Origin: Octopus bimaculoides
Lineage: Eukaryota
Length of the DNA: 39,324 bases
Reading direction: 5' to 3'
NCBI RefSeq assembly: GCF_001194135.2
Contig: NC_068999.1
Coordinates: 47,030,290-47,069,613, forward strand
Below, piece by piece: positions 23,954 to 36,165 of the stretch. The notes below the pieces were generated by a model that made no database searches, had not been told where the DNA came from, and saw nothing but the letters and a program-made list of their open reading frames with translations. A program made the translations under genes and the position numbers. The first letter of the stretch is position 1. Every line of letters begins with the position of its first letter.

Positions 23954-24970
23954 TATAAGAGAAACAATAAACCTGTGCTACAAATGTGACAGGTTCATCA
24001 AAACGGTTCTTTAGTATTTAATACATTCTCTACTATTTAACTCTTTGCCTGTCCTGTGTGTCAAAGGTGATTCACAGGACATAGTTCAACTAGAGTCCAT
24101 GTATCATATATGATACATGTTCCCAACTTTTTTTCAACCACCAGAGTAATTTGGTATAAAGTTTTATATCACACAGAATGTATGAAACAAGGGCTAATTA
24201 AAAGTCTGAAAACAAGCATCGACATTTAGGATGAACTTATGAAAAGAGTTTGGAAAGGCAAAAGATTAACAATATAAATTACATTTAGTGAAACATGTTT
24301 TCTTTAAATTTAAATTCTTGTTCACTGATTGTACCAAAGGATCTGCGACTTTATCAAAATGTTCATACTCCTTCGAAAATGACTTGCAAGAGGAAGAATA
24401 ATAGGATCTTTCTGATTTGGTGGGTGCCACTTGTTTTCTTAACGAAACACTTTCAAACTTGGGACACTGGTAGAAATCAGAAAGATCCGAAAACTACAAT
24501 TAAACATTAACAATCTCATGTGTTTCTGGAATATACACATAAATTCAGGATGAAACAGATATACAATAAAACAATATTCAGTTTCGTGTGGGACATTTAC
24601 AGTCAAAACAGAATTAAAAATTTCTAATTTAATCTTGAAGTTTAGTACTTAGGAAACGAGAAGGGAATTCACTAAGTTTAATGTGAATTCGTTTTCGATT
24701 ATTACATTACAGACGTGAACACGTCTTTTTATTCACTAGAACATAATTTTGCAAGAACTGGATCGAACCTGAAAGTTTCAATTAACAAGAAAACAATTTC
24801 CAATACAAAAGTAATTTATAATGCGTTGATGTTTCCCGGAGCTGAATGTTTGACAACTTCAATACAACGATCCTTAGACTTAATGAAAAATTGAAAAACA
24901 AAAATAAGTATTACTGGATGTATATCCATAAAAAGATTGATTTAGAATATAAAATATGAGAAATACGTAC

Positions 24971-25035
24971 TTAGATACGATTTCAATATCATCTATTAGG
25001 GTGAGAAGCTTTTGTTTCGTGCTAATTGCCGCCAT
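24971..25035 (-). CDS. MED4: MED4 coding exon 1 (Mediator of RNA polymerase II transcription subunit 4)
   Basis: AAAAC-ATG-GCG start; encodes MAAISTKQKLLTLIDDIEIVS(K), similar to the MED4 N-terminus (human STRERLLSALEDLEVLSR); donor AA|GTACGT, phase 2 matches the next exon. Confidence 0.9.
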
Positions 25036-25040
25036 GTTTT
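25028..25040 (-). promoter_or_regulatory. YY1-type motif (AANATGGCGGC) overlapping the MED4 start codon
   Basis: Minus strand reads AAAACATGGCGGC within a locally CpG-retaining 5' region; this overlap is common in housekeeping genes. Binding is inferred. Confidence 0.45.
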
Positions 25041-25649
25041 TCACTACACGGTGTCAGGCCGAAACTTGCTTTCCAAAATTAATGTTCCTCAGTGGTTTTT
25101 AAATTTTTACACTAAAATCATGATATCTTTGATACATAGACTGAAAAATAAAATTTTAAAATTATTTTAAGCTTTATTGTTTCTTAAAGAATAAGATATA
25201 TTTAAGTGCTAAGGAAGCTTAAAATTATTCTTGATTTAATACGTATTAAAACAATGAATTTGACATCAGACTGCAACAGTAATATTAAATGGATTGATGA
25301 TGGCTTTAACAATCATATATTTTATTGGTCTCTGTTTTCGTTTATTTTCATGAGAGTATAGGCATGAGACATGTGTTGCCTTTTGTCTTATTAATCTGTA
25401 ACAAATCTAGAATTTTCTCTGTTTTTACGGTGACATTTTAAAATTATATCTTAATCAGAAAATAACAGCTAATAGTGTTCAAAAAACTTATTCCATTTTC
25501 ACATTTTTAAACTTCTCATCACCATATTTTTTTATTAATGCCTTAGAGAGATTAGGTTGCTGGATAGAATAAATGTTTAATTCAAAGATTATGGAATAGA
25601 GAGTGGAGATTCTTCAGCAGAACAAACATAATCCAGGGCCAGGCATTTG

Positions 25650-25800
25650 TGTGATTATCTGGTTAAGAAGTTTGCTTACAAATCACATGCTTTTAAGTTC
25701 AGTCCTACTATGTGGCACCTTGGGAGATTGTCTACCATTACCCTGGCTTGACCAAAATCCTTGTTAGTGAATTTGATAGATGGAAATCGAAAGAAGCCCA
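25650..25800 (+). mobile_element. SINE family A 5' half (similar halves at 28915-29060 minus and 36915-37060 plus)
   Basis: GTGGTTAAGAAG...GTTCAGTCC...GGCACCTTGGG... block. Confidence 0.7.
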
Positions 25801-26200
25801 TGCCTAGACAGCTCTCTTGAGGTTGTAGATAGTTTCTGTTACCTAGGTAACCAAATTAGCAATGTTGGAGGATGCCCATTTTTTGGTCACTACCTTTGAC
25901 CAATATGGAATAAAGAAGAGAGAGACAACACACTGCTTGTCTCTCTGTTTGACAAAACATCTTTTCTCCCCGTCTAGCAGCAGACAGTTAAGCTATCTTC
26001 CACATGCAAAGAATCCATGAAACCAAAACCAATTTTACTGCAACAAATTAGTAACATGTGTATACACAAACAAACAATGTGACAACATCGTTTTAATTTT
26101 ATTTTGTAAGAACATTATATTCAATTAAGTAAATGGCCAACTTCATAATTAATTTTTTCTTCACTCATTCATTTCTCAGCATCATCATCATCATGTGAAG

Positions 26201-26530
26201 ACACATGGCTCAGTGGTTAGAGCATCAGGTTCCCAATCATGAGGTAGTGAGTTCGATTCCCAGATCAGGCTGTGTGTTGTGTTCTTGAGCAAGACACTTT
26301 ATTTCACATTGCTCCAGTTCACTTATTTGTAGAAATGAGTTGCTATATCACTGGTGCCAAGCTGTATCAGCCTTTGCCTTTCCTTTGGATAACAACGGTG
26401 GCATGAAGAGGGGGGGGAGCTGGTATGCGTGGGAGATAGCTAGTCTTCCATAAACAACCTTGCCCAAACTTGTGCCTCAGAGGGGAACTTTCTAGGTGCA
26501 ATCCCATGGTCATTCATGGGCTTTACCTTT
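26201..26530 (+). mobile_element. SINE family B, near full length
   Basis: ACATGGCTCAGTGGTTAGAGC...GAGTTCGATTCCC head followed by a GTTCTTGAGCAAGACACTTTATTTCAC central domain. Confidence 0.75.
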
Positions 26531-27226
26531 TACCTATCATTCATCTAAATTGTCATTACATTTTTGTGACCCTGGAATAATGAACAACACTTTTAATTAC
26601 ATGTGTGTGTGTGTTTGCGTCTCTGACATTGTATAATAATTGTAAACAAGTGTCAGTGTCATTCATTTCCAAGTTTCTATAAAAATATGTCTGGACATGA
26701 GGAAATATTACCTTGCTTGGAAGAAACAGGTGAAGGCTGGCAACAGAAAAGTGCATTTAGTTGTAAAAAAATCTGCCTCAATAATATCCATCTAACCCAT
26801 AGCGATCTCACAAATGCTGGTGCTACAACAAAAATACTCTGTACACCTGTAAAGTGGTTGGCATTAGGAAGGACATCCAACCATCAAAGCCATGCTTGAA
26901 CAGACAGTAGAGTTTGATGCAGTCTTTGAACCCACTGGATCTGTCAAACCATCTTACCTTTGCTTTGCATGGAACACAGATATTAAACGGTGGTGGCGGC
27001 TTTATGTTGGGGGACATTGTGACAAAGCTCCTGTGAAACGAGAAGTTTTCCTGACTTATCCTGTAGTTGTGGGTTGCTTTGACTGTATATCAAGGTTGAT
27101 AGAAGTAATCTGAGCAACATCCTGGATACTTCAGTCATGAATTAGTGATATCTGAAATAGTGTAGTAAAATATTGAGGTTTGTACATCATCATGGTTGCT
27201 GAAACTGTCTCCCTTATAGTGTACTC

Positions 27227-27560
27227 CAGGGGTTCTCAACCATTTTTTTATCTATGGACCCCTTTGATTACTATTTTATTCTGGTGGACCCCCATAGCCA
27301 TTAGATATTTACAAACTAGTTTTAAGGAATTTTTTTTTTCAAAATTCCTATTTTGTTTTTCACACATTAACTTGTGTAGATCGAAGAATATAAAATGGTA
27401 GAGAAAGGAAACCTAACTGTTTCTTGCAATAAATACCAATACATACATCTAAAGCCAAAGTTTTTCAGGGACCCTTAAAATAATGTTCTGGATATCCAAT
27501 TTACTAATTTATTGCATGGATCCCCAAAAATCTTACACGGACCTTGGCTGAGTACCACTG
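27227..27560. mobile_element. hAT (Charlie-like) MITE
   Basis: TIRs CAGGGGTTCTCAACC and CAGTGGTACTCAGCC; perfect 8-bp TSD GTGTACTC (27219-27226 and 27561-27568). Confidence 0.9.
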
Positions 27561-28051
27561 GTGTACTCAGACCNNNNNNNNNNNNNNNNNNNNNNNNNNN
27601 NNNNNNNNNNNNNNNNNNNNNNNNNNNNNNNNNNNNNNNNNNNNNNNNNNNNNNNNNNNNNNNNNNNNNNNNNNNNNNNNNNNNNNNNNNNNNNNNNNNN
27701 NNNNNNNNNNNNNNNNNNNNNNNNNNNNNNNNNNNNNNNNNNNNNNNNNNNNNNNNNNNNNNNNNNNNNNNNNNNNNNNNNNNNNNNNNNNNNNNNNNNN
27801 NNNNNNNNNNNNNNNNNNNNNNNNNNNNNNNNNNNNNNNNAATAACTCTGTATTTCTATGAAGTTCATTAAATGCCATTTCTTTTTTCTTCTGTTTCAGG
27901 TAGTACTCACCATGCCTTTCTTCTGCACCCTGTATATATGATGGACTCTCTCATTGGTTTCGACACAAGAATCCAACAACCTATTCAAACGCTTTTTCGT
28001 CATAGACACTGGCCAGACATAGCTGTGTAGTGAAGAAACTCGCTTTAGTCC

Positions 28052-28097
<46 letters not shown>

Positions 28098-28389
28098 GTC
28101 TATCCACAAATTCATTCCCATGGCATTAATGAATCCACAGCTACAGTAGAAGATAATTGTAACAGTGACAAGTGACTTTCGTAACCAAATCATTACTAAT
28201 CTGTGTATTTAATCCGCTCTTGACCGACGGATTACATTGTGAAGCTCAGACTGGTGGTTCAATTTTAGCTGTGGTAATAAGTTGTGTTTTTGACCAAAAT
28301 TCATCTTTTCATGCTCTTCAGTCTCTTTAGCAGAAATTAGTACCTGACTTGTGAGTGGAGCAATTCTTTCGCTCAATAAATGTCAGTTT

Positions 28390-28720
28390 CGTATTACATC
28401 AAATCTTGTATGTTCAAGTCAGAAGTGACATTTCAGTCCTGTGAAGGATTTACAAACCATCCACAGATTGCACAAGGGTGCAGACTACAGGACAATGCTG
28501 CTGCTATGTTTGATAATGCTTTTGTCCTTCCTCTTAATCCTCTGATGGACACAACTAGATTCAAAGTCACTGCTTCCATCTTGACACACAGATCTCAAGT
28601 CTTTCTATTCCAAGGCCAACTGCTCAAAGGTCTCATAGGGTACATTGATTGCTGAAAGATTACTCTCTAATCTGTCTCCATACTTTAGCAATGGTTATCC
28701 AACATTTGTGTCCACTAATC
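28390..28720 (-). mobile_element. RTE-type LINE ORF2 C-terminal remnant with a CCHH-like finger
   Basis: ...NVPYETFEQLALE*KDLRSVCQDGSSDFES..., then HPCAICG / VCKSFTGLKCHF*LEH across a frameshift. Confidence 0.65.
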
Positions 28721-29909
28721 AGGCTGGCTATAGATGAGGGCTTTTAGTATTCTTTTGTCAATCATACTGATGACACAACCGGCCCAGCGCAGTTGTGATA
28801 GCATGAGGAAGATCTCAATTCTCAATGCCTCCAGTTTTACACTTAGTGGAGAGGTCAATATTTGAGATTGTCCTTGAGAGAATGACCAGTTTGCTCTAAG
28901 ACACCCTTTATAACACACACAAAGGGATTCTTTCAGTTTCTGTCTACCAAAGTGACTCACATGGCTTTGCTCAACCTGGAGTTATAAAAGAAACTTGCCC
29001 AAGGTGCCATGCAGTGGAAGTGAACTTTAGACCACATGGTTGAGAAGCAAACTTCCCAAGAACACAACTCACTGGTACTTTACTGTTGACCTGGACGTGA
29101 TTTGAACTCAGAATATAAAAGACCAGAGCAAATATCACAGAACATTTTGACCAATGTTCCACCAATTATACAAACCTGCTGCCCTTCCTTAATAATTCTT
29201 CCCAATTTTGACACAAGTCAAGTAATTTTGAGGGGAGGGAGCGGTTGATTCTACCGATCCCAGTGTTCAACTAGTGCTTATTTTACCAAACCTGAAACAA
29301 TGAAAGATGAATTCAACCTTGGCAGCATTTGAACACACAACGTGAAGCACAGGAAGAAATGCTTCTACGCATTCTGTCTGGTGCGGTAACAATTTTGTCA
29401 GCTTGCTGCCTTTGTCATTCCTTGAAAATAAAAGCATTCAATTGCCTGGTTCTTCAGGTGAGGCAGATAGCAACAAAAACGGGAAAAAAAGAAAGAAGTA
29501 AAAAAAAAAATATGAAAGTTCCATATTTTAATTTGATTATTCAGTCGTACTGTGTAAGATCTCAGAGTGTCAACACTAACAATTGGTGTACAAATAATTT
29601 TAAGAAGTTCTCTTCTTCAAAACTGACCCAATTTTGGCAGGAAGAATCACACTTGACACATGTCCAGACATTCGAAAATTGCTTTAAACATTTTATTTTT
29701 TGCATTTTTACCGTCCTTTTCTTAGAAATGTTTAAAAGATAATTTCTTCCATGTTCAACTCATTCTTTAAGATGTAGGTATATATGTTATTTTTTTCTTT
29801 CTTTTTAAATACATCAAAAATAAGTCTACCTTTACATCTAAACAGCAACAATTCCAGGTAATCAGGGAATTTCAAAAATAGGTGCAAACTGTTCTTGTAC
29901 ATGTATGCA

Positions 29910-29973
29910 TTTATTTAATTAGTATTAACAAATAGAATATGTTTATAATGGACACAATTGAAAATAATTTATT
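29910..29973 (-). terminator. Candidate EIF4E2 polyadenylation signals
   Basis: Two minus-strand AATAAA hexamers (29910-29915 and 29968-29973), 160-220 nt after the stop. Confidence 0.4.
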
Positions 29974-30135
29974 AGGAAAGAGAAAGAGGGAAAGGAGAAC
30001 AAGTAGAAATTGTTTGGGAATGGAAGAATGCAAGAAGTGAAATGTTACGGCAGAGCTATAACACTCTGCTACAGAAACAAGATGTCCAATATCTAGGATG
30101 GCATCATTTCAAGCTCAGCAGAAGTTCATATAATG

Positions 30136-30178
30136 TCATTTCAGAAATACATCAGTATTTCTGTAACTGGAGTTGTCT
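30136..30178 (-). CDS. EIF4E2: EIF4E2 terminal coding exon
   Basis: Acceptor tttctttccttctctcttcag|, phase 2; (K)DNSSYRNTDVFLK* resembles the DNSSFRNT C-terminal exon of metazoan 4EHP. Confidence 0.9.
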
Positions 30179-30264
30179 CTGAAGAGAGAAGGAAAGAAAA
30201 TGGGTATTAGAATTAATTTAATAGAGTAGCAGACTGATAATTAGCCTAGCTCTTGTTTAAATTA

Positions 30265-30426
30265 ATAATATAATATATTAATATTTTATATATATATATG
30301 TATATATATATATAATCTATTAATATTTTATACATATATATAATTTATCAATATTTTATACATATATATATAATTTATTCAATATTTTATATATATATAT
30401 AAAATATATTAATGCATTACATATAT

Positions 30427-30465
<39 letters not shown>
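30265..30465. repeat. AT-rich ~30-bp degenerate tandem repeat and (TA)n in the last EIF4E2 intron
   Basis: Recurring AATATTTTATA(C/T)ATATATATAAT units. Confidence 0.8.
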
Positions 30466-30468
<3 letters not shown>

Positions 30469-33105
30469 AGAGTTTGTGATCTTAAGTGTTTGTGTGTGTA
30501 GGTTTTTTTTATCATACATGTCTCAAAAAGAACATGTGTTGATGCTATCATAGTTTTTGTAACAAATAAAAAGATATTGCTACAGCAAGTTTTGCGTGTT
30601 GTTTTAGAGAACCAAGTTATGTTGACCTCTAAAATAGTATTTCATTCAGAAAACATCCTAGCTATATAAAAATAAACACCTAAAAAAAATTATTTTTTTT
30701 TAAATCGGAAAATAAATTATTGTAAATCTTCCAGCAGTTTTCATTTGGTATCCAAACGAAAAATCCTGAAAATAGTTGTGGTTAGTGTTATCTTGGCACC
30801 ATTTGTCGTCAGTTTGGCATTATTTAAACGAGCAACTTTCAGGAATGGCAGACAAGATAAACAGGCTAACAAACATGAGTTGTGTGCAGAAAAAAAAAAA
30901 AATATGAGAGAGTGAGAGAGGAATATTAACAAAGAGGAAATAAAGAAAGGGGGAAAAAAAACCTAATGTTGCTAATATATAAATATATAAAAAAGCGGGT
31001 TGAAAACTATTGCGTTAAGGGTAAGCAGAAAAAGGTTCATGAAGGTTTGGAACGATGTTAATAGTAAAAGAGGAACAAAAAATGCATATATGCTACAAGG
31101 ACAGGCATTACAGTTTTCCTTATTTGCTGTTCTCATACAAACTATTTTAAATTATCGCAATACGGAATGGACAGCCAGTGAGATACTGAAAGCCAAAACA
31201 TCATGATAGACTCCGTTTTCAGAATGCTATTTCACTTCATTTTCCAACTCAAAATTAGTAGATTTATGAAAATGATTATTACTTTTTCATCTATTTTTCT
31301 CCTCTTTATGCATCTTAAATTTACAGTGATTTCATTTGTAGACACAACTGACTCCTGCTGATTGCTGAGGGATTAGTATAAAATCTGCTACAATGTATTA
31401 GAAGAAATCAACTTGTGTGTTCTGGAGGCGGTTATCTTATGATGCCAGAGAGCTGAATGGCAAACTTGGCCCAAGTGAGAGCTAAGGAATACAAGATGCT
31501 AAAACAGATCAGAAAGCCACTAATCTGTTTTTTCTAATCCTCAGAAACTCTAGGTTTAAAAACGATCTTTTTAAGAAAATATTGATTGTAAACAGATCAT
31601 CAGAATAACAGTGTGTGTCATGTAACAAACTGAAAGTATACTATACCATACATCAGACTTTGAAAGGGAGAGAAAAATATAACAGTTTGGTGTAATTCCC
31701 TAAAAAAAGCAGCATCTAATTCATTCACGGCAACAATTAACAAAAAACAATATCTAATTATGTTAATGAGAATAAATAACAACAAAATCCAAAAATGTTT
31801 GTATAAAAGAGTATTTAATTAATGGACCATCAACAGGTGCAGTAATTAAAAAAAAATATTGAACTAATAGATCTGATGTGTAAAACTAATGGAATATCTG
31901 TACATGCTTTAAAGAGATTTCTTTGTAAAGTTCCACATTTAATTTTGTGCATTCTTTCTTTTTTTTTTTTTTAAATCACAAATATTAATAAACTCTGAGA
32001 AAATTAATGAAAAACAATACACGAAGCATCATTTTCTGAACATTTAAAAAATCAACTTAAAATTGCAAAGAGATAAAAAAAAAAATGTTTTTGATAAAAG
32101 GTTAATAACAAAAGAGAAAGAATCAAAACAGGAATAAACTAAAGAATGGAGACGTAGTTTGACATATTTCTCATGGAACTCACATAAAAGAGGATTGACA
32201 ATTGTAAAGGATAAAAAAAAAAAGAAAGAAAAGAACTAAGTATTGCAAGCAAAAAGGAATGCTCCAATATGTGAGGAAAGAAAATAAATAAAAAAACAGA
32301 GCAAAGTTGGATATAGTGAGAAATGTAATTTATCTTGATATAAATTAACAATTAGATGTCAAACTAATACTACTAAATTTGAATGAACAGAATTCAGCAC
32401 CAAATCCTAGTTTACCATAATAACATCAAAGACATAAAATAGAAGATAACTTCCAAAGATATTATTGCTAATTCATTGCTGAAACTGATATAAAAACCAC
32501 ATGATGTAGTGGCTAATATTCAGTTCCATAATATAAAATTGTCTTTTTTTTCAAATAACTTTTGTATGTAGACATTTGAACTTTGATTTTGAGAAATCAA
32601 TGTTTTACAGTGAAATATTTTTCAATGTGATGTGATTTTGTATTGAATGATAGAAACGGCCACTTGGCTTGTTTGCAAAGGTAAACTACAGGTAAATTAT
32701 CAACAACAACACAAATGTTGGACACTGAAAGAATAAGATAACCTCTGAGTTAATTTTGCCAGCAGAGATATATCAAGTAGATGCACGAAAATTTAAGCTA
32801 ACTATTACAGATGAATCACAGTAATTAAGAGAAAAACGTTTTTTTTTTTGTTTTCATTTTCTTAAATAGAATTAAAACAAGAAAAGAAAAAAAAAAACAC
32901 ACCCACTTTACAAGAATAACTGTAAATCTCTGGAACTGGTCCAAAAGCAAATAATACAAAACTAAGATATTAAAGGCATAAAGAGGTATGAGGCAGCAGA
33001 ATGGTGAACTAAGAATAAAAAGAAAATACAAACATACACTGAATGTAAAGAATAAAATGAAAATAAAACTATTTCAGTAGAATTCTAAGTCTTTCAGGAA
33101 CTAAC

Positions 33106-33242
33106 TTTATACTGTCAACGTGCATCTTATACTCTATAATAGTATTTGGAGGTAAGTTAAGGACACGTTTCAATGTGTCGCGTATGCGTGAAGTGGTTAT
33201 TGTGTCATTTGCCGTTCGGTTCCAAAGGGACAGAATATCTTC
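33106..33242 (-). CDS. EIF4E2: EIF4E2 penultimate coding exon
   Basis: Acceptor tatttttcag|; EDILSLWNRTANDTITTSRIRDTLKRVLNLPPNTIIEYKMHVDSI(K); donor AA|GTTAGT; 137 nt, ends in phase 2. Confidence 0.96.
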
Positions 33243-33364
33243 CTGAAAAATACAACAGAAAAAATATATACAAAAATTACAATTTTGTTTTCAGGGAGGG
33301 ATTTGGTATTTTGTTCGATATTACATGGAAAACATTATATTAGAGAGGTAAGGTCATATCTATT

Positions 33365-33561
33365 CTTTTCTACTCTAGGTGGGGGCCAGTCAATTAGATC
33401 GACCCCAGCACACAACTGGTACTTAATTTATCGACCCCGAAAGGATGAAAGGCAAAGTCGACCTCGGCGGAATTTGAACTCAGAACATAAGTAAAGACGG
33501 ACGAAATACTGTTAAGCATTTCGCCCGGCGTGCTAACAGTTCTGCCAGCTCGCTGCCTTAA
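33365..33561 (-). mobile_element. SINE family C, young copy with 19-bp TSD
   Basis: Head GGCAGCGAGCTGGCAGAA...GAGTTCAAATTCC; identical flanks AGGTAAGGTCATATCTATT at 33346-33364 and 33562-33580. Other copies at ~15575-15706(-), 16550-16820(+), 17087-17218(+), 29090-29410(-) and 35575-35730(-). Confidence 0.88.
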
Positions 33562-34240
33562 AGGTAAGGTCATATCTATTATCTGCTAAACTAACTATTT
33601 GTGAAACCTAAAACAGAATTATATATAAAAATACTGTTGTTGCAATGAATAATAAATATTAACGACGGAAGCAATCATCATCATCATCGTTTAACGTCCG
33701 CTTTCCATGCTAGCATGGGTTGGACGATTTGACTGAGGACTGGTGAAACCGGATGGCAACACCAGGCTCCAATCTAATTTGGCAGAGTTTCTACAGCTGG
33801 ATGCCCTTCCTAACGCCAACCACTATTAATATTAAATGGCAATCATCGTCATACACTTTCTGTGCTGGCATCAGTTGGATGGCTGACAGGAGCTGGCTAG
33901 GCAGAAGACTGCACCAGGCTTCAGTGCGTTTTGGTATGTCTTTATGGCTGGATGCCATACCTAACACCCAAGTAATTTGGCACTGAAATAGAAAGCATTA
34001 TACACCTGGTGGCACGTAAAAGCACCCATTACACTCTCGGAATGGTTGGCGTTGAGAAGAGCATCCAGCCATAGAAACAATACCAAATCAGACTGGAGTC
34101 TGGTGCAGCCCACCCCTGGCTTGCCAGCTCTGGTCACACTGTCCAACCCATGCCATGGACAATGGATGTTAAATGATGATGATGATAAATGTGTTTTATA
34201 CCAGACATTGACTAATACTGATATAGAAAATATTACATAC

Positions 34241-34393
34241 CTGATATCGCACAGATAACACAGCACCACAAATTTCTTCACCAACCATAAATTGCTCTCC
34301 TAACATGGCTAATATCAAGTTTTCCCAGCAACGAGCTGCTAATCCTTTTTTTAACCGAATTATCCATTTCCCACCATCTTTGTTGGCAGAATC
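34241..34393 (-). CDS. EIF4E2: EIF4E2 internal coding exon
   Basis: Acceptor tctacag|; DSANKDGGKWIIRLKKGLAARCWENLILAMLGEQFMVGEEICGAVLSVRYQ, near-identical to 4EHP; donor GTATGT; 153 nt, phase 0-0. Confidence 0.97.
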
Positions 34394-35335
34394 CTGTAGA
34401 GAAGAAACACAAACAAAATAATCAGAAACAAATTTACTAAATACAATAATAACAGCACAACTTTCATCAAAATCTGACAAATTGAATCTTAAAATTTATT
34501 CTCATCATCATTAGTTTAGCATCCAATTTTCCACGTTTGGCATGATTCGGACAAAGTTTATTATGGAAATTTTTTTTCTATGGCCAGATGCCCTTCTTGT
34601 CAGCAAGCCACTCTTATTTCCATGCAAGGTAATATGTCTCCATGGTTGGACATGTTTTCACAGAATATTGGAAATGAATGACATTCATTTACAACAATCA
34701 TGCAACGTCAAGACAAGGGGGCACAAACACACACAATGGGCTTTGTTTTTTTAGTTTTCTGTCTGACTAGCTCCTGCGCCGGTGGCACATAAAAGCACCC
34801 ACCACACTCTAAGAGTGGTTGGTTTTTGGAAGGGCATCCAGCTGTAGATACCTTGCCAGATCAGATTGGAGCCTGGAGCAGCCATCTGGCTCGCCAGTCC
34901 TCAGTCAAACCGTCCAACCCATGCCAGCATGGAAAGCGGACGTTAAACGATGATGACGATTGCATATATATGCATGTATGTATGATTGTGCATAGATGTG
35001 TGTGATTGCGTGCATACATGTGTGTGCGATTATGTGCAGACGTGTATATGACTGTATACATGTGTGTGTGTATTAAGCAAGGGACTGCACTTACGAAAAA
35101 TACCTTGTGGAAGTTGTCCAACTCATGTCACATGGAAAACAGACATTAAATGATAATGGTGATGATGATTCTATGTAAATGACATATTTTTATGCCGAGA
35201 TGGACTTATACATAAATGAAAGAAAAATCCAGCCAAACTAGTGGCATCTCAATATAACAATGTAACAACGATAGTTCCTGAAACCAGTAAAAGATTAACA
35301 GGATCTGCAACAGAAAAGACTGTAACACTACTTAC

Positions 35336-35440
35336 TTCCCACATTGGCCGGATGCCATCTTTAAATATATGGTAGTCACTGTGTCCTGGTAGATCTGTTG
35401 GTCGGAGTAAATGGCTGTAGAGGGACCAAAACTGTTCAAC
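35336..35440 (-). CDS. EIF4E2: EIF4E2 internal coding exon
   Basis: Acceptor ctccttag|; VEQFWSLYSHLLRPTDLPGHSDYHIFKDGIRPMWE; donor GTAAGT; 105 nt, phase 0-0. Confidence 0.96.
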
Positions 35441-35789
35441 CTAAGGAGCAGCAAAGAAATCATGTTATCAGAAAACAAACAATTAATGTCTTGGAGAAGA
35501 TAAAAATTAATAGAGTAGATACAAGAAACAAAAAGAGAAAAAGAAGCAATGGAAACTTCTCTTTTCTACTCAAGGCCTGAGATTTTTGGGGAAGGGGCCA
35601 GTTGATTAGATCGACCCCCAGTACGCAACTGGTGCTTAATTAATTGACCCCCTGGAAGGATGAAATGTAAAGACAGACGAAATATTGCTAAACATTTTGC
35701 CCAGTGTGCTGTTTCTGCTAGCTCGCTGCTGAAAACTATGACATTTAGGTAGATGGTGGAGATTTTACAAACATATATGGCAGTGGCGA

Positions 35790-35884
35790 CCCAGTGGTGA
35801 TATGCTGTACTTGGGGAAGACCTAGTGGTGATATGCTGTGCTCAGGGAAGACCCAGTGGTGATATGCTGTGCTCGGGGAAGACC
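35790..35884. repeat. 31-bp minisatellite, three copies, in an EIF4E2 intron
   Basis: CC(C/T)AGTGGTGATATGCTGT(A/G)CT(T/C)(A/G)GGGAAGA units start at 35790, 35821 and 35852. Confidence 0.9.
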
Positions 35885-35929
35885 AGTCCTTCTCAGGAAA
35901 AATGGGGACCTGTCTAGCTTTCTACCACA

Positions 35930-36165
35930 GTGTATCCATACTACTGTCTTGCTGGTAGAGAAGAAGGACTGGTGTAGTGGTTAATGTAAAAACCTCTAGG
36001 AGATTAACAGGAGTGATGAGGGAGTTGGTGAGTTTTTGAGTGAAGGTAGTATAAGACCAAGCAGCTCTGAGGAGTGTAGGCCATTATAGTAGTGGCAGAG
36101 AGAGAAGACAGCAAATTTGTAGGCTGAAGGTTTGGAGTGTGGTGAGAACCAATTTCATACTGCAA
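35930..36165 (-). mobile_element. CR1/L2-group LINE ORF2 C-terminal remnant
   Basis: LTTLQ...AVFSLCHYYNGLHSSELLGLILPS resembles the post-RT motif of CR1/L2-like elements; short and decayed. Confidence 0.45.
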
